DNA of 64,000 nucleotides from Tubulanus polymorphus (GCF_964204645.1 NC_134035.1:1922001-1986000), one strand, 5' to 3'; counted from the first letter of the stretch, positions 41,930 through 55,510 are shown. Notes: a model not told the origin generated them from the letters alone. Numbers and translations: made by a program.

Positions 41930-41992
41930 GTCCCTATAGCGTAGTGGGTAGGGTGCTGGACTGCTAGACCAGTGGTTGGTGGTTCAAATCCC
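41930..41992 (+). mobile_element. tRNA-derived fragment (SINE head or truncated tRNA pseudogene)
   Basis: A-box TAGCGTAGTGG, anticodon-like arm ctgg..gct..ccag, B-box GGTTCAAATCC. No 3' acceptor strand. Confidence 0.55.
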
Positions 41993-42331
41993 AAAATAAT
42001 ATTTTATTGATGATTAAATAAAATGTTGAATTTTGATTTTTGTTCGTTTCAATAAAATGTTGAATTTTACTTTTGCAAACAAGCTGTAACAAATTCCTAC
42101 TTTGAATTTGGAATAAATCCTTTGATTTGTACTTTCCTTTTTGACTTTTCCTTGAACGTGAGAAGTTGTAAGAGAGTCCTTTCCGGGGCAAGTGGAAGTC
42201 GTGAGAGGGGAGAGTCCTTTCCGGGGCAAAGTGCCCGAGACAAAGAGATTTTATTAAAGAGATCATTTTATATATAGACGTTTATTTATTTACGTTACTT
42301 TTTATAACATGCGGCAAAACGAAATAATGAC

Positions 42332-42578
42332 GAGTAGAGTCTGCGTCTCGAGGTTTGAAGATGGTTCTGTAGTCGGAGTAGAGTCTGCGTCTCGAGGTTT
42401 GAGGATGGTACTGTAGTCGGAGTCTGCGTCTCGAGGTTTGAGGATGGTACTGCAGTCGGAGTAGAGTCTGCTTCTCGAGGTTTGAAGATGGTTCTGTAGT
42501 CGGAGTAGGGTCTGCGTCTCGAGGTTTGAAGATGGTTCTGTAGTCGGGGTAGAGTCTGCGTCTCGAGGTTTGAAGATG
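42332..42578. repeat. 44-bp minisatellite, about 6 copies
   Basis: Unit gagtagagtctgcgtctcgaggtttgaagatggttctgtagtcg, with no spacers. Confidence 0.92.
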
Positions 42579-42743
42579 TTGCCGTCACTCAAATATTGCC
42601 AGCTGAAAAACAAATCGGATAATCGTCAAGCTAATGAAGATGCAAAATGTACGGATGGGTATAGTTTAATATAATTACCTTATCTTAATGTAAAGATACC
42701 GAAACAGCAAAATGTGAGTTGATGCGGTTCCCAATGCAGCAGC

Positions 42744-42777
<34 letters not shown>

Positions 42778-43909
42778 GACTAGTTCAGGACGTTGCGACA
42801 AACGAATTGTGTGTACATGTAGTTGTCAGTAGTAGCGAACTGGTTTCGGTTTAACCCTAAAAAGACACAATATTCATAATGTATGAATGTGCGCGAAATA
42901 GAACATCGGAAATCAGCGACAACAGCAACTCGTCTTCATCAGCAAATTAGCCGTCATCTGTTTGTAGTTGAAATCCGACATCAACAGCAGCAGCAACACC
43001 AGTAACAGCAGCAGCAGTATCGGGATCTCCTCCGCGATCATCTGCACAATCAGCCGCCAGTCTCATCTTGCGTTCTCAATCGCTAGGCGTCACAAATTCC
43101 TTCACGTTCCAGTCTCTCCTAACATCATCAGCCGCTTATTAGTTGGTTGTTCGCTTGAAGCCACACTTTCTTCACGCCTTGTTGCAGAGCTCTTATGGGT
43201 TGACCTTCATCGCTGGACATCAGTTCTCGGACTGGCATCGGGCGGCTCGAACCGCGCTTCTAATACCTACGTCAACCAATCAGCGACGGTGCATCATCGA
43301 TGCGACCGGATTGGATCAATCAGAAAGCTCGATCGCGCATTCCTGTCACAGACCCGAGTCCGTGACGCTAATCCGCAAGAACCATTCAATTCGTGCCAAA
43401 CATTTTCAATGGGGCCTACAGGTCATCGAGTTTAATTCGACTATTCATAGAGGCACATATTGTTAAAGATAGAAATATCGAATGCTACGATTTTAGCCTA
43501 AAATTGTATGCTGAAATTTTATCTAATGGTTTAGATAAACTCCAACAAACTTTAGTGTAGATTTCCCTTCTATTTAAGTCCGGTTTTGAACTGTAATACC
43601 GGCTCAATTTTACTTTTTTCGAGTTTTGCTTTAGGATATTGAAGTTTGCTTAAGGGTTTGTGCAGTGACGCGGCACTATTGTGTAGTAGAGCGTATGGCA
43701 GGTCTCCAGAGAGTGATTCTCTATTGGATAGAGTCGTTTTGAAGCCGAATTTATACACAAGTTCACCAGACATCGCCGCGTACACATCTTCTTTAACTGA
43801 AATCTGGTGAAAAATTATGGAAGTTTTATCATCAGTTGAGAAAGAACTGTGATTGATCACCGCGCGCTGCTTGTACCGAATAGTCGCTTGGATTTCTTCA
43901 GTTCGAGGA

Positions 43910-44258
43910 ATTAAATAAATATAAAATGACCCAAACCCTCACCACTCAACTTAATATAACAAACTAATATTGTAAAAAAGTCGAAGGTCCCTGGGGGAAT
44001 TACTCCGCTGCCGGGACCGGTATTGTGGGATAAATAAATAATTCAGCCAGAAACGACTGAATTAAACATAATTTACCCCACACCAGTTATTTTGTAGGAC
44101 TCACGCATTAGCAACCTCATTCCAGGGAGGACAGTACTCTCGACTCGCCCGCTTACCGGAGATCACTTGCCACATCCTGACCCGCCTCCTCCGAGACTCG
44201 AACCTGGGCCACAGCGGTGACACGCTAGTCGCCGACCGACTAAGCCATCCGGTCCGCC
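43910..44258 (-). mobile_element. tRNA(Asp)-like SINE
   Basis: The - strand reads ggaccggaTGGCTTAGTCGG...agcg-tGTCac-cgct..GGTTCGAGTCTC, followed by a ~270-nt body and an AT-rich tail. Confidence 0.65.
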
Positions 44259-45995
44259 CGATTGTGACAGGAAAACATTCGAACATATTCCACGGCCATT
44301 CACATTCGGACAAAAGACCATGACGTCACAATGGTCAACGCCGTGACGATGTCGACTCAGACTGAAATCGCCCGTTTCTGACCAAACTTGCAGCTCCAGA
44401 GTCTATATCTTGAATCTCTACAAATATATACTGATCGTTGCAGCATATTAGTCCTAGATACGACGGGTGGTTTTTGAATTTGAGAGTTCTAAATAGCGTA
44501 TTTCCGTTTCAAAAATCCAATATCCTAAATCCCCACAAAACTGTACGTGCGTCTCGTATGACAGCCGATCTGACTCATGTACAGAATGTATAAAGACTAA
44601 TCACGTCCCGGTCACGGCCATGGTTCCAGTTAAGTCGTGCGCGACACATTTTGTTCAAATACGTACGCAACTTGCGCCTCTTAACCCTTAAAAAACTGCG
44701 ATTATAGTTAAGGAATGATTATTTTACTTTTAATATCACTATCATCAACGGCCAAAACCATTCCTTGGCCATTCATTGTCGAACGAAAGTTGGGCTCGGC
44801 TGATAATGGTTTTCGCCCCACATACCCAAACTAACTTTTGAAATAATCAAACCTTTAGAAAGAGGGTCATCCCGGTACAGGTATGCCAGTACATCCGAGC
44901 CGAATATAGAAGGAAATCCCCCACCAGTTTGGTTCTCTTTCTCCAGGCGAAAAAGTCCAGAAAATCCCTTGTTTTATCATCAATCTGTCTCTCAGGACCA
45001 ATGGATTTGGGGTCCCTCTTCATTACAATTATGGTCTGATGCCTGACTGGATAAATGGATGACTGGTGACCGAATGACCGAGCGACTGATTGATGAGATA
45101 TTCTTAACAATACAATCTAGGAATGCAGAAATCACAGAGGACCCTTAAGGCGGGGATCTGAGACATAGACTTCTGGACCCCGTCAATAACTGTGCAAAAT
45201 GAATGAAGCGAATTCGAAGGAGAAAAGGTGGCACCAGACTGAATCATACGTATTACTTATTCAGTAATCCAATACGCACTAAGCCTCAGAAATGGTGATC
45301 GATGGTGGTTTTAATTCCGGGAAGCAGTATTTTCTTATGGGGGCAGGAGAAATTCTCCGCTTCATTCTCCGGAGTAAATGGATAGATGATTGATATCGTA
45401 GCCAGGCCTGTAATGTGGCCGATTTTATAGGCAGTTTGCTTTCCCTATAAATAAAAGTTTCCTTAAAATGTGGAATTTTAAGTGGACCTTTTTGAAAAGT
45501 CGCTCGAAGGTAAAAAAGGAGCCTAGTGACAACGGCATTATGTGTTAGCAATGCAAGGCTCCCTACGGAGTCCAACGCTAGTCCTAGGTATCTGTAGCAC
45601 TATAAGATCGGGTAGGACATACGACAAGCCTAGGATGTTATTCATTTCCAGCAAATTCATTTTTCAGAGCGAACCGTTTTGGGATTTCCGGCGGTTTGTC
45701 GTAAACCACCTGAACTATACCCCACCCCCCCACCCCCCAGTCCGCTGCAGGCCCGGTTGTTCGGAAGTTACTACTCCCCAGTCACTACACAGATTATAGG
45801 CTAGAGATAAAATGTTAATACCAGTCTATGAGTGTCACTGGTCAGTATATAGCCGCAGTGTATAGATTTTAAAAAAGAGCAAAAAACAACCCTCTAAATT
45901 TGGGAAACTTTTATATTTATTTAATTCCTCGAACTGAAGAAATCCGAGCGACTATTCGGTGCAAGCAGCGTCGGATAACCTCATGTCGATCTTAA

Positions 45996-46932
45996 TCAGC
46001 ATTTCAACAACTGAACGAACTTTTCTCTAAATTGCTTGTTCACAATTATATAAAGAATAAGATTTATACAAGAATTGATGATCGATGTAACCAGATAGAA
46101 TGTTAATACGTTTAAACCGCGCCCGAGGACGTAGCGTCCACCGATTTTACCGAGCAAACCTGGAAATTCTAAAATCGTGAAAATGATACTCATTGTAAGC
46201 ACCATTTTCGTGGCTTTTGCCATGCCCTTTTGCGGTTTCGGATCGCTAGTTGTGGCGGTCAGATCTTGCCTACGCGTCGTTTTAACGTGTAATACAATTA
46301 GAAGAGCTATATTCGCTACGAAAACTAATAGATTCGGTATGAAAATACGGAAGATCGGGTCGATGTATCGGTTCATTAGTAGAAAGACACTGTCACGCGC
46401 AAATGATGCTTTGTAATGAGGACCGAGCTTCGATGTGGGCTGATAGATTACACGCATCGTGATCGGGTAATACGAACACATAGCCACAGAAAAGACACAC
46501 GCGAATAAAATAAGAAAATTTATCCTATATCGTACCTTCAGTAGAAAAATGATAGTCACTAATCGTTCGCATTGAATAATTACAGTTAAATAGTTACGAA
46601 ACATTTGAAATCCGTTATTCAACATTGTCAGCCATATGTAAATGTACGGGGAAATTCGCGGCGCTACGAAATAAATGATCATATCACCGTACGTGGCATA
46701 GTGAATATAAAACCGCACCGGGTCCTGAATGAGTTTCGTCACCAGAAATATGATATCGACAACAGCGAGACATTTCAGTAAATAGATGCAGCGATTTTTA
46801 GTTTTCAGTTTGACAAATACGACGATGATCATCGCGTTTAAACCAACACCGACCGGGATTTAGAGGCGGCAATACATATGCGGCCAAAATCCATTTGTCG
46901 ACGTACGACCTCTTGAAAATCGTTGCGTTCAT
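45996..46932 (-). pseudogene. Intronless rhodopsin-class 7TM receptor (FMRFamide/peptide-receptor-like) with a 1-nt frameshift in TM1; pseudogene or assembly error
   Basis: ORF 45996-46832 has LAVVD (TM2), CERL (DRY position), IPNLLVFVANIAL (TM5), ATKMVL..ILEFP (TM6) and INSCINLILY..NKQFR (TM7/H8). The upstream frame from ATG 46932 (MNATIFKRSYVDKWILAAYVLPPL) joins IPVGVGLNAM only if one base of the 46859-46861 run is removed. Confidence 0.85.
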
Positions 46933-47260
46933 CCTCGTTCTATATGATAGAACTGATGAATTAAACTAAACATTTCATCAATAGATAAATGCAGCAGTTT
47001 CTTGTATTCAGTTTTACAAATACAATTACGACCATAACGGGGAAGGCCTCTTAGTGTTTGATATCATGATGTTTTTGTGAGTTGTAATTATTTGTAATTA
47101 TTCCGGCGTGAGTGAGGACGTTTTGACCGACGAAAGCGAGGACGTTTTGACCGGGTCTGCGAGGACGTGTTGACCCGACACCACTTATAACATCTATAAC
47201 CCCTAACGTAACCATAAGTATAAGCCCATCCGATTGTAAAAGCTTACCACCAACGATTAT

Positions 47261-47319
47261 GATAGATAGACAGATAGATAGATAGATATATAGATAGATA
47301 GATAGATAGATAGACAGAC

Positions 47320-47390
<71 letters not shown>

Positions 47391-47403
47391 TAGACAGACA
47401 GAC

Positions 47404-47462
<59 letters not shown>

Positions 47463-47475
47463 TAGATAGACAGAC

Positions 47476-47522
<47 letters not shown>

Positions 47523-47535
47523 TAGATAGATAGAT
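47261..47535. repeat. (GATA/GACA)n microsatellite
   Basis: Direct reading. Confidence 0.97.
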
Positions 47536-47601
47536 TTATTGTTCACAAATTGGCGAAGAGCAACTAACTACTACTAGATAACTAACTACTATGACCCCTA
47601 A

Positions 47602-48432
47602 CTAAAACTTAAAGTACTCAAAGGTCGTGGCTACAAAGACCGCGAACTGCGACACATCAAAAGCCAAGCTCTACGGCACCACGCCGAACGAGATCTACGA
47701 GAACAACAACGGGCCAACGAACCGCCGAAAAAGCGTTTACCGCTTATCTTACCTCACTCCGAAGCCAGCCGAACCCTAGCCCGTAACATCCGAACCAGAT
47801 TTACGGAACTGGCTACGGCCACCGGCCGGTCGGACGAGGTAACCACGGTCACCGCCTACACCAAGCACAAGAGTCTCAAAGATCTCCTAACTTCGTCGCA
47901 GCTCAAACCCACGGAGCCACCCCCTCCCCGAGTCCCCTCTTCACCGCATCGTAACAGAAATACTTCCGTTGGTTCCAATTCTTCTATTTCCAGGTCTACT
48001 CAAAGAACTCCGTCAACCCGACGTCGAGGCACCAAGAAATGCAGAACACCGAGATGTCGTACGTGTCCACTCGTCCGAGAAACAACCGTTTGCCGCAGCC
48101 ACAACAAAATGCACGCGATCGGCAGCACAATTAATTGCGCGACCCGTGAAATTGTATACTGCATCGAATGCACCAAGTGCAACATGCTGTACGTCGGCCA
48201 AACCGGAATGTCGCTACGAGAACGCGTCACTCATCACGTCTCATCCATCAGAACGAAGAATTCGACTCCAGTCTCGGACCACTTCAACCAAGTCGACCAC
48301 ACCCGCGAACACTTTCGGGTGTACGGTCTCCAACACCTACCAGGCTCCACGAGACCGATCCGCGAAGCAGCCGAACAACACTGGATACGACGACTCGACA
48401 CGAACACGCCCCGAGGCATGAACGTCCCGTAG
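47602..48432 (+). mobile_element. 5'-truncated Penelope-like retroelement: RT C-terminal region, Cys-rich linker and GIY-YIG endonuclease
   Basis: Uninterrupted frame LKGRGY...TAYTKHKSLKDLLTSS...KCRTPRCRTC...INCATREIVYCIECTKCNMLYVGQTGMSLRERVTHH...VSDHF...REAAEQHWIRRLDTNTPRGMN. Confidence 0.93.
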
Positions 48433-51400
48433 ACCGCCTCACTACAACAATTAACTCTTACTACTTTTTTACAGGGATAACCCGCTGCCCGTGCACTAGT
48501 GGGGTCTCCATACCTTCGGTTTGGTCCCCTAACCTCTATCTCTAAACCTAACCCCGCCCCGATTCCCGGCGATTATGAGTTTTCCGGGTAGTCTAGAGAG
48601 ACCGATGAAAACTCCGGTTTGCTGAACTATCCCTCTTTGCGGGGATGCGGTATGATGTTTGATCTGACAGTTTCAAGTGGTTAATGGCTGTTTCAAGTGC
48701 TTAAACGATGCTTATTACTTCGTGGTACCGTGGTTTAAAAAAAAGATTTCATAATAATACGCTCACCGCGTGGGCTTCGTAGAAAGGCCACTACCTGTTA
48801 CCGCGTTACGGTGTCAAACTAGAAAGGATTCGCCATTGAAAATTCATAAATTGACCACCACTGACCACCACTACCCTAGTGAAACTTCTCGAATATCGTG
48901 GTCGGATTCGAAAGTGCTTGTCGTCGTATTGTTATTTCTAGAGAGATATAACGGATTTGCATACATGTAAAATTATTATTTTCAAAATACTCAATTTTCT
49001 CCGCCGATTTTGAAGAAATTCTGTCATCTCCACTCGACACATGATTTCACTTCGGTGCCTTTTAAGGGAGTGCCCCTTAAAGTTGAGTTCATACTTAGTC
49101 AAACAAGGAGATATGCCTGATTCCTTTTTAAAATTTAAATTCGACATATTTCATCAAATTACTAGAAAGGGACAGCAACTTTCGGTCATCCGCGAAAAGA
49201 TACCTAAAATGCGATAGGGTTATGGAAAAACAGGACACGAAACATACAGAAAAACCCTTTGTTTGGTAGACTGAAATTATTGAACTCTTAAATAGCAACA
49301 TTCACAGAAACAAAAACATAAGAACATATTCTCGCCCAGCCTTTAAAAAAACATAACGTAATGATATGAGGCCACGGGTCATCTTTAATTGAAATCACAT
49401 GATTTCAATTAAAGATGACACGTAGCCTCATATCAAATGACAGAGCCTATATATTCATTCTCTTACGAGGATAGGTTTTCGCATTCATAGGATAAGGAGA
49501 ATTGTGGGTTCGAATGATGAATACAACTTATAAAGCCCCAATTTCAATGGTTCTTGCATGTTCAAAGGCGCTTTAGAGTAATCGAATTAACAGGTGTGTT
49601 CATTTCGACTATAATTGAGCATTCTAGGGCTGGGGCAAGAAACGTGTGAGATCGTTCGCCAAGGTATCGCTAAGGAGATAATAAGGAGCCAGTCCGTGGT
49701 GGCTATTGAAAGCGACGACCGCATATGAATGCATTGATTGAATGACATCTCAAAAGTCAGATTATATAAAATCAAAAATGATATATGGATAAGTTATTCC
49801 ATATATACTGGTAAAAATGATGCCCAATATGTGATATAAATGTTCAATCAAAAAGTAGAAACTGAAACCATAATTCAGTATGGTATTGTAACAACATAAA
49901 ACACACAAATTCAATCCTTTGTTAAATTGGTAGCCAGTGTAGATGAGCAAGTATCGTGGTCCCTAATTTTAGCTATCGCAATAATTCAAGCCACGCGATT
50001 TTGAACGGTTCAACAAGTTGGAGTTTGTGTAAAGATGAATGAGTTTGAAATGGAGTGGAATTCAGATATTACTGTTTGCATGTTTATGTTTATTACCGGT
50101 ACTCAATCTTTTTACTAATCATAGAAAATTGTGGTAAAATATTTGACTACGTTTTAGATTGTATCTCTCCACGCCAGAGGTAATCACGGATATCGGACTA
50201 CAAAAGCATTCCTTGTGTAAAGCTCAACTTTGTAAATTCCTGGAAAAGCTCGCCTCGGATATTTCAATAATGATTAAACATTAATTATCACAACGAAAAA
50301 CCTAAACAAACCAATGTACGCTTGCTTTAAGTTTGCCAATGCACTATCGTTGCTTTTTCTGGCTATTTGTACTGTTTGCCACAAAAAGATTGCATCCTCT
50401 ATTACAGGAATTAAGGAAACAACTCTGGGACCAGTTAGTTTAGATTAACCATTATACAATATGATACATGGCCAAATACACTGTTAATATGAAAAAGATC
50501 CACTATACAGATTTCAAATTTCAAACCAAGTTTTATCATTAGAACATTACGACACAACGTTCAATTTCTCACTAGAGGTCATCTGTTTGTACACAGTGAG
50601 TTTTCGTATCGTATTATCGTATTATCGATTCTCCGCATTTGAGTGTGACTATTCTACAAGTACAAAGTTATTTTAGCAATGAAGTTTCAATTGTCATTGT
50701 TAATGTTAACTATCCACTGGAAAACTTACAAACTTTTGGCAACTGACCTTAGATCGTGGAATAGTCTCAGGTGGCCTGCAGATCCACTCTTGATTTGTAC
50801 TACTAAAGAAATAGACATTATAAGACTTAACGAGTATATTAAAGTACCATTTATCTTTATAACGCGATAATTCGCGTACGTATGATTGAAAAACGATATT
50901 CTATCGAATCTCATGGTATTTATGATTATTGTGTATAGAATCAATAATTAGCAACCTTCCACGGATACGAAGTGGCCTAAGTTTACATCCTACCATAATT
51001 TTCCTCGAAACTCTCAGCATTATTTCAAGGGTCGGTCTTATATGAAGAAAATATATGAAGGACATGTTCACAGGTTAGGCCAAAAATCTTCCCCGAAAAC
51101 TTCAAATTTTTACAAGCAAATATAATATACTTCATGCTTTTCGTGCAGAAAAAATGCATGTCCACAAATTGTAAATTGTGTTTTCAAAGTAAACGATTGA
51201 GTGTGGAATTGTTTTGAATTCAGGGTTCTCCAATTAACTCTCCGGTATTTTACAATTGCTTCAATAAGACAAGTCACACTATTGTTGTGATCAGATGGCC
51301 AATTGAATACTTCTTCATTATATTGAAAGATACGTTATACTTAATGCATCTTTTCTTAGGCCTTACAGCTTTCTCTATTGGTCAGCGTAAACTTATGGGT

Positions 51401-51744
51401 AATTTTGAGTGATCACTCAGAATTACCCATAAGTTTGAATTCTCGCTGAACTACTACATCCCTATAACACATTAATATATACTTCATATCAGGCGATTAA
51501 CTTTGATCTGTGGTCAGTGGACAGCAGCTACGAAACTACTACATTATCATTCCTTCTATATTCATATATATGATATGATATAATATCTTATTTAATGTTC
51601 AGTTTATACGTCTTGAACAAGTCTCGCATATTGATACCGATACGCACGTTCACGCGAGTGAAATGTGCACGTTACAGGCTCAAATGCACACGTTACAAAG
51701 CGCAACATAGTTCGTTCAAAACCCCACGAGATAAATCTTTGGAA

Positions 51745-53927
51745 TTTAGTAGGAAATTCCAAAGTTAGCTCGCTACCTACTATAAAAATCTGACAAGACT
51801 TTTCAAGCGACAAATTTAAATATAAGAGCTAGTAGTTCTAACGAAGGGTTCAGGCAAAACCCCGTGTCATTTCTAAAAACATTTAACCGGTAATTAGAGA
51901 GAACTTGTGTAGCTTACATGTAGAAGAGATGTTATATTTACGTTCAAGCCAAATGAAATCATTTGATACCAGACACGACTAAGTTGTTTCTGAAACAGAT
52001 AAATATAGCTATGTGGTCAGTATTGGTCAAGATTTGGTCAGTTGGAATAGTGTTGTTAGATGAAAGCCCACACAATATCTAATTATTAGACACCAAACAC
52101 GACTGCGTTGCTTCTAAAATAGACAAATTACTTAAAGTATTAGTCGGTATTGGTAATAAAATAGGTCAGCTAAATAGTTGTTAGATCATAGCACGCGCCA
52201 TATTTAGTCGCTCGACGCCCAAACACGATTTTATGGCTTTACTATAAAACATATAAATTACTTATGGGGGGTTATGGTTAGCACTGATAACTGGTCAGTA
52301 CTGGTCAAGTATTGGTCAGTTAAACAATTTTTAGATTAATGCCCTCATCATTTCTAGTTATTTGACACCAAACAACTTAATTGTTTGCAAAACAAATAAT
52401 TTACTATATATGGTACTGGTCATGCAGTGGTCAGTTAATAGACCATGGTCCGAGCCACGAGTTATTTGATACCAAACATGATTGGATTGTGTCGTTTCGA
52501 AAATTTATCTGTTGGGCAATTTGTGGTCAGCCCTGGTTCGTTAGGTTCTTATTTTGCGGGCATTTTATCTCGAAGCACCGAATGACTGAATTACTAATTA
52601 ATTCAACAGATCATTAATTGCTGAAAATGTCATGAAGATTATGTTTAACTAATAGTCCTTGTCTGAATAAAATGTCTCTAGTATGGGTGCTATGGAATCA
52701 TGTCCTTAACTGTACACCGTACTGTATCTTTGTACTGTATCTTTTTATTTTCACTATTACCGTAATTGACTATGATGTTTTCAAGTGGTCTTAAGTACCG
52801 CTAATAGCCGAAAGTCGTTGATTTATGTGAAATTTACATACAGCGCCACCCGTTGGTAGTAAAACTAACCCGAGCAATACGGGTGTTAAAGAGATACGCT
52901 AGCAAACCGGCATTCTCATAATGGCAAAAAAATGTACCGGTACGATACCGGTACAGATGTTTCACTTTTCCAGTGTTCTTAAAGTCATTCATAAAAAGAA
53001 ATTGCTTATTGACCTAGCTTCATGTTTCATGTTTCAATAATTTCTGATAAGTAGAAGCCTGGACCTGACTGGAGTCCACACGTTTTCACTGCTATTTGGC
53101 AGCACTTTTGAGAATATACAAGAAAAAACCAAATCTAGAGGAATAAAGAGAAGTGAATGACCAGGATGGGAAAACTTTAGTGTTATTCACTCTTGAATGT
53201 AGCAGTTGTCTGACCTCAGTTACTTGTAGGGTTGAGCACATAGAAACCACAGGGTTCCAGATCTGCGATGATATGAACTGTTTGATGCACCGCGATCATA
53301 ACCACTGGGATAGACTTTAGTAGGAAATTCCAAAGTTAGCTCGCTACCTACTATAAAAATCTGACAAGACTTTTCAAGCGACAAATTTAAATATAAGAGC
53401 TAGTAGTACTAACGAAGGGTTCAGGCAAAACCCCGTGTCATTTCTAAAAACATTTAACCGGTAATTAGAGAGAACTTGTGTAGCTTACATGTAAAAGAGA
53501 TGTTATATTTACGTTCAAGCCAAATGAAATCATTTGATACCAGACACGACTAAGTTGTTTCTGAAACAGATAGATATAGCTATGTGGTCAGTATTGGTCA
53601 AGATTTGGTAATTATTAGACACCAAACACGACTGTGTTGCTTCTAAAATAGACAAATTACTTAAAGGTCAGTATTGGTAAAAAAATTGGTCAGTTAAATA
53701 GTTGTTAGATCATAGCCCGCGCCATATTTAGTCACTCGACGCCCAAACATGATTTTATGGCTTTACTAAACATATAAATTACTTATGGGGGGGTTATGGT
53801 TATCACTGATAACTGGTCAGTACTGGTCAAGTATTGGTCAGTTAAACAATTTTTAGATTAATGCCCACATCATTTCTAGTTATTTGACACCAATCAACTT
53901 AATTGTTTGCAAAACAAATAATTTACT
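51745..53927 (+). repeat. Direct duplication 51745-52405 / 53316-53927 with internal tggtcag..gacaccaaacacg sub-repeats
   Basis: Near-identical ~650-bp blocks. The second lacks about 50 bp. Confidence 0.9.
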
Positions 53928-54332
53928 TGCCTCTTCCATGTTCTCCCCCATGTTCTCCCCCATGGTCCGCAGGCACTAAAGAGAGTCTCTCCCTCAGGAG
54001 GTAGCTAGCAATTCACTCATTGTTACACAAGGAAAATCAATAGAATTATCCGAAACATTAAACAGAAATTTATTCAAAAAGAACAAAATTATTACGATGA
54101 CGATTGAAAATCGATTAATTTATTAAAATCGATTACAAGTATATAAAAACAATACACCATGTAAATGTTTTAGCCGAAATATCAAGAGACTTCGTCTGGG
54201 ACTTACATGAACATTTTTACTAATAAAACATGAGCTAACAAGAGTAATTAAAGCCGGGGATGAAATCTTAATCGCAATTATTTCTAAATAAGGTTTCAAG
54301 TTATTTTTGAAAGTGTTTGGTTGGTATCGGTT

Positions 54333-55112
54333 CCAGGGACGGATCTAGGCCCAAATTCAAGGGGTAGCACTCATTCAAGAGGGCACCTGTCCGGATTTGT
54401 ATTATCACGACGAGGCGAGCACCGAAGGTACGAAGCCACCAAGGGGTTTAGAATCAGTTAAAAATTTGAAGCCCAGCTATCAGAGCATCTGAGGCATCAA
54501 AATAGCAAAAATACCCTTGTCTGAATTTTAGGCAATAACAAACCACTCTTAGTATTTATTGCAATTTGAATGTGCCCCTTTTAGAATGTGATAGTTATTA
54601 GTCATTTTTTTGAGCCAACTATTTTTTAGCCCTTTTCTGAATTTTTATGAACGTGCCCTTTTGGCAATACAATGTGCCTTTAGGATTTTTTTGGCAATTT
54701 GAACGTGCCGATAGTCACAGAGTTGTGCCCTGTCAGAGCACATCAGTACGGTAATATGATTGAACACATGCGCCCTCATTTTGGAGATTAATCGTGCCCA
54801 TAGCAGGATTTTTCAAACTATTTTTGGAGCCCTTTTCTTAATTTTTTTGCAAATGAACGTGCCCTTTTTCGCAATATATGTGCCCTTCTTGACAATATAA
54901 CGTGCCTTTTGGCAATTGATTCAATGAACCGTGCCATTTTTTGCAATATAAAGTGCCCTTTTCCGCAATAATTCAAATTCTAATTAATTTCATAGGTCCG
55001 GACGTCGGATTTTGCAGGCGCTGTATTTTCTTGAGAATCTTTTTGAAAAAGGCACTTCACAAATTCAAGGGGTCGCACGTGCCGCAGGTGCGACCCCCTG
55101 TATCCACCCCTG
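54333..55112. mobile_element. Non-autonomous DNA transposon (CAGGG..CCCTG termini, internal gtgccctttt repeats); related element about 17024-17160
   Basis: cagggacggatc ... gtatccacccctg termini and many gtgccc motifs. Confidence 0.55.
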
Positions 55113-55389
55113 GGTTCATAGCCTAGATAGTGCCGATGGCCGATACGCAGTCCGCGTTCAACGTTTCATCCGGCCCCTGGCAATCGAGGATGATGTGAGT
55201 TGTTTGGTCGTCGGGCGTCCGTAAAATCTAAAAAAAATCCGATACTGATATTAAAAGATCTACGATATAATCATTTCTATTTCTATCGATAGTCGAATTG
55301 ATATTTCGATACATCAATTGAAATTGATAATGATATATCATTTCGACGGTTCGGTTATAGAATCCGTATCCGAGTGCCGCCGATTCAAA

Positions 55390-55510
55390 CACACCACGTG
55401 GTCCGGCATCCGATAGTATCCGTTCCGTTGATTGGATCCTATTGTTTCCGTCACGGTGATTGGCTCGCCCGTTGCGCGCATTATCATTCATGCTAAATCG
55501 AGCGATGTAA
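55390..55510 (+). promoter_or_regulatory. CpG-rich promoter and probable short first exon of the micro-exon gene
   Basis: E-box CACGTG at about 55395, two ATTGG (reverse CCAAT) boxes at about 55431 and 55459, Inr-like TCATTC at about 55484, donor GTAAGT at 55507. Confidence 0.4.

Noticed and set aside
42332-42578. CRISPR-like regular repeat
   Set aside because: Head-to-tail 44-bp units without unique spacers, no cas genes, eukaryotic context.
42968-43860. 155-aa and 96-aa ORFs
   Set aside because: Non-ATG starts, low complexity, and no motif or partner exons identified.
41930-44258. Functional tRNA genes at about 41930 and 44185-44255
   Set aside because: Acceptor stems do not close and there is no properly placed terminator. 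They are better explained as SINE heads.
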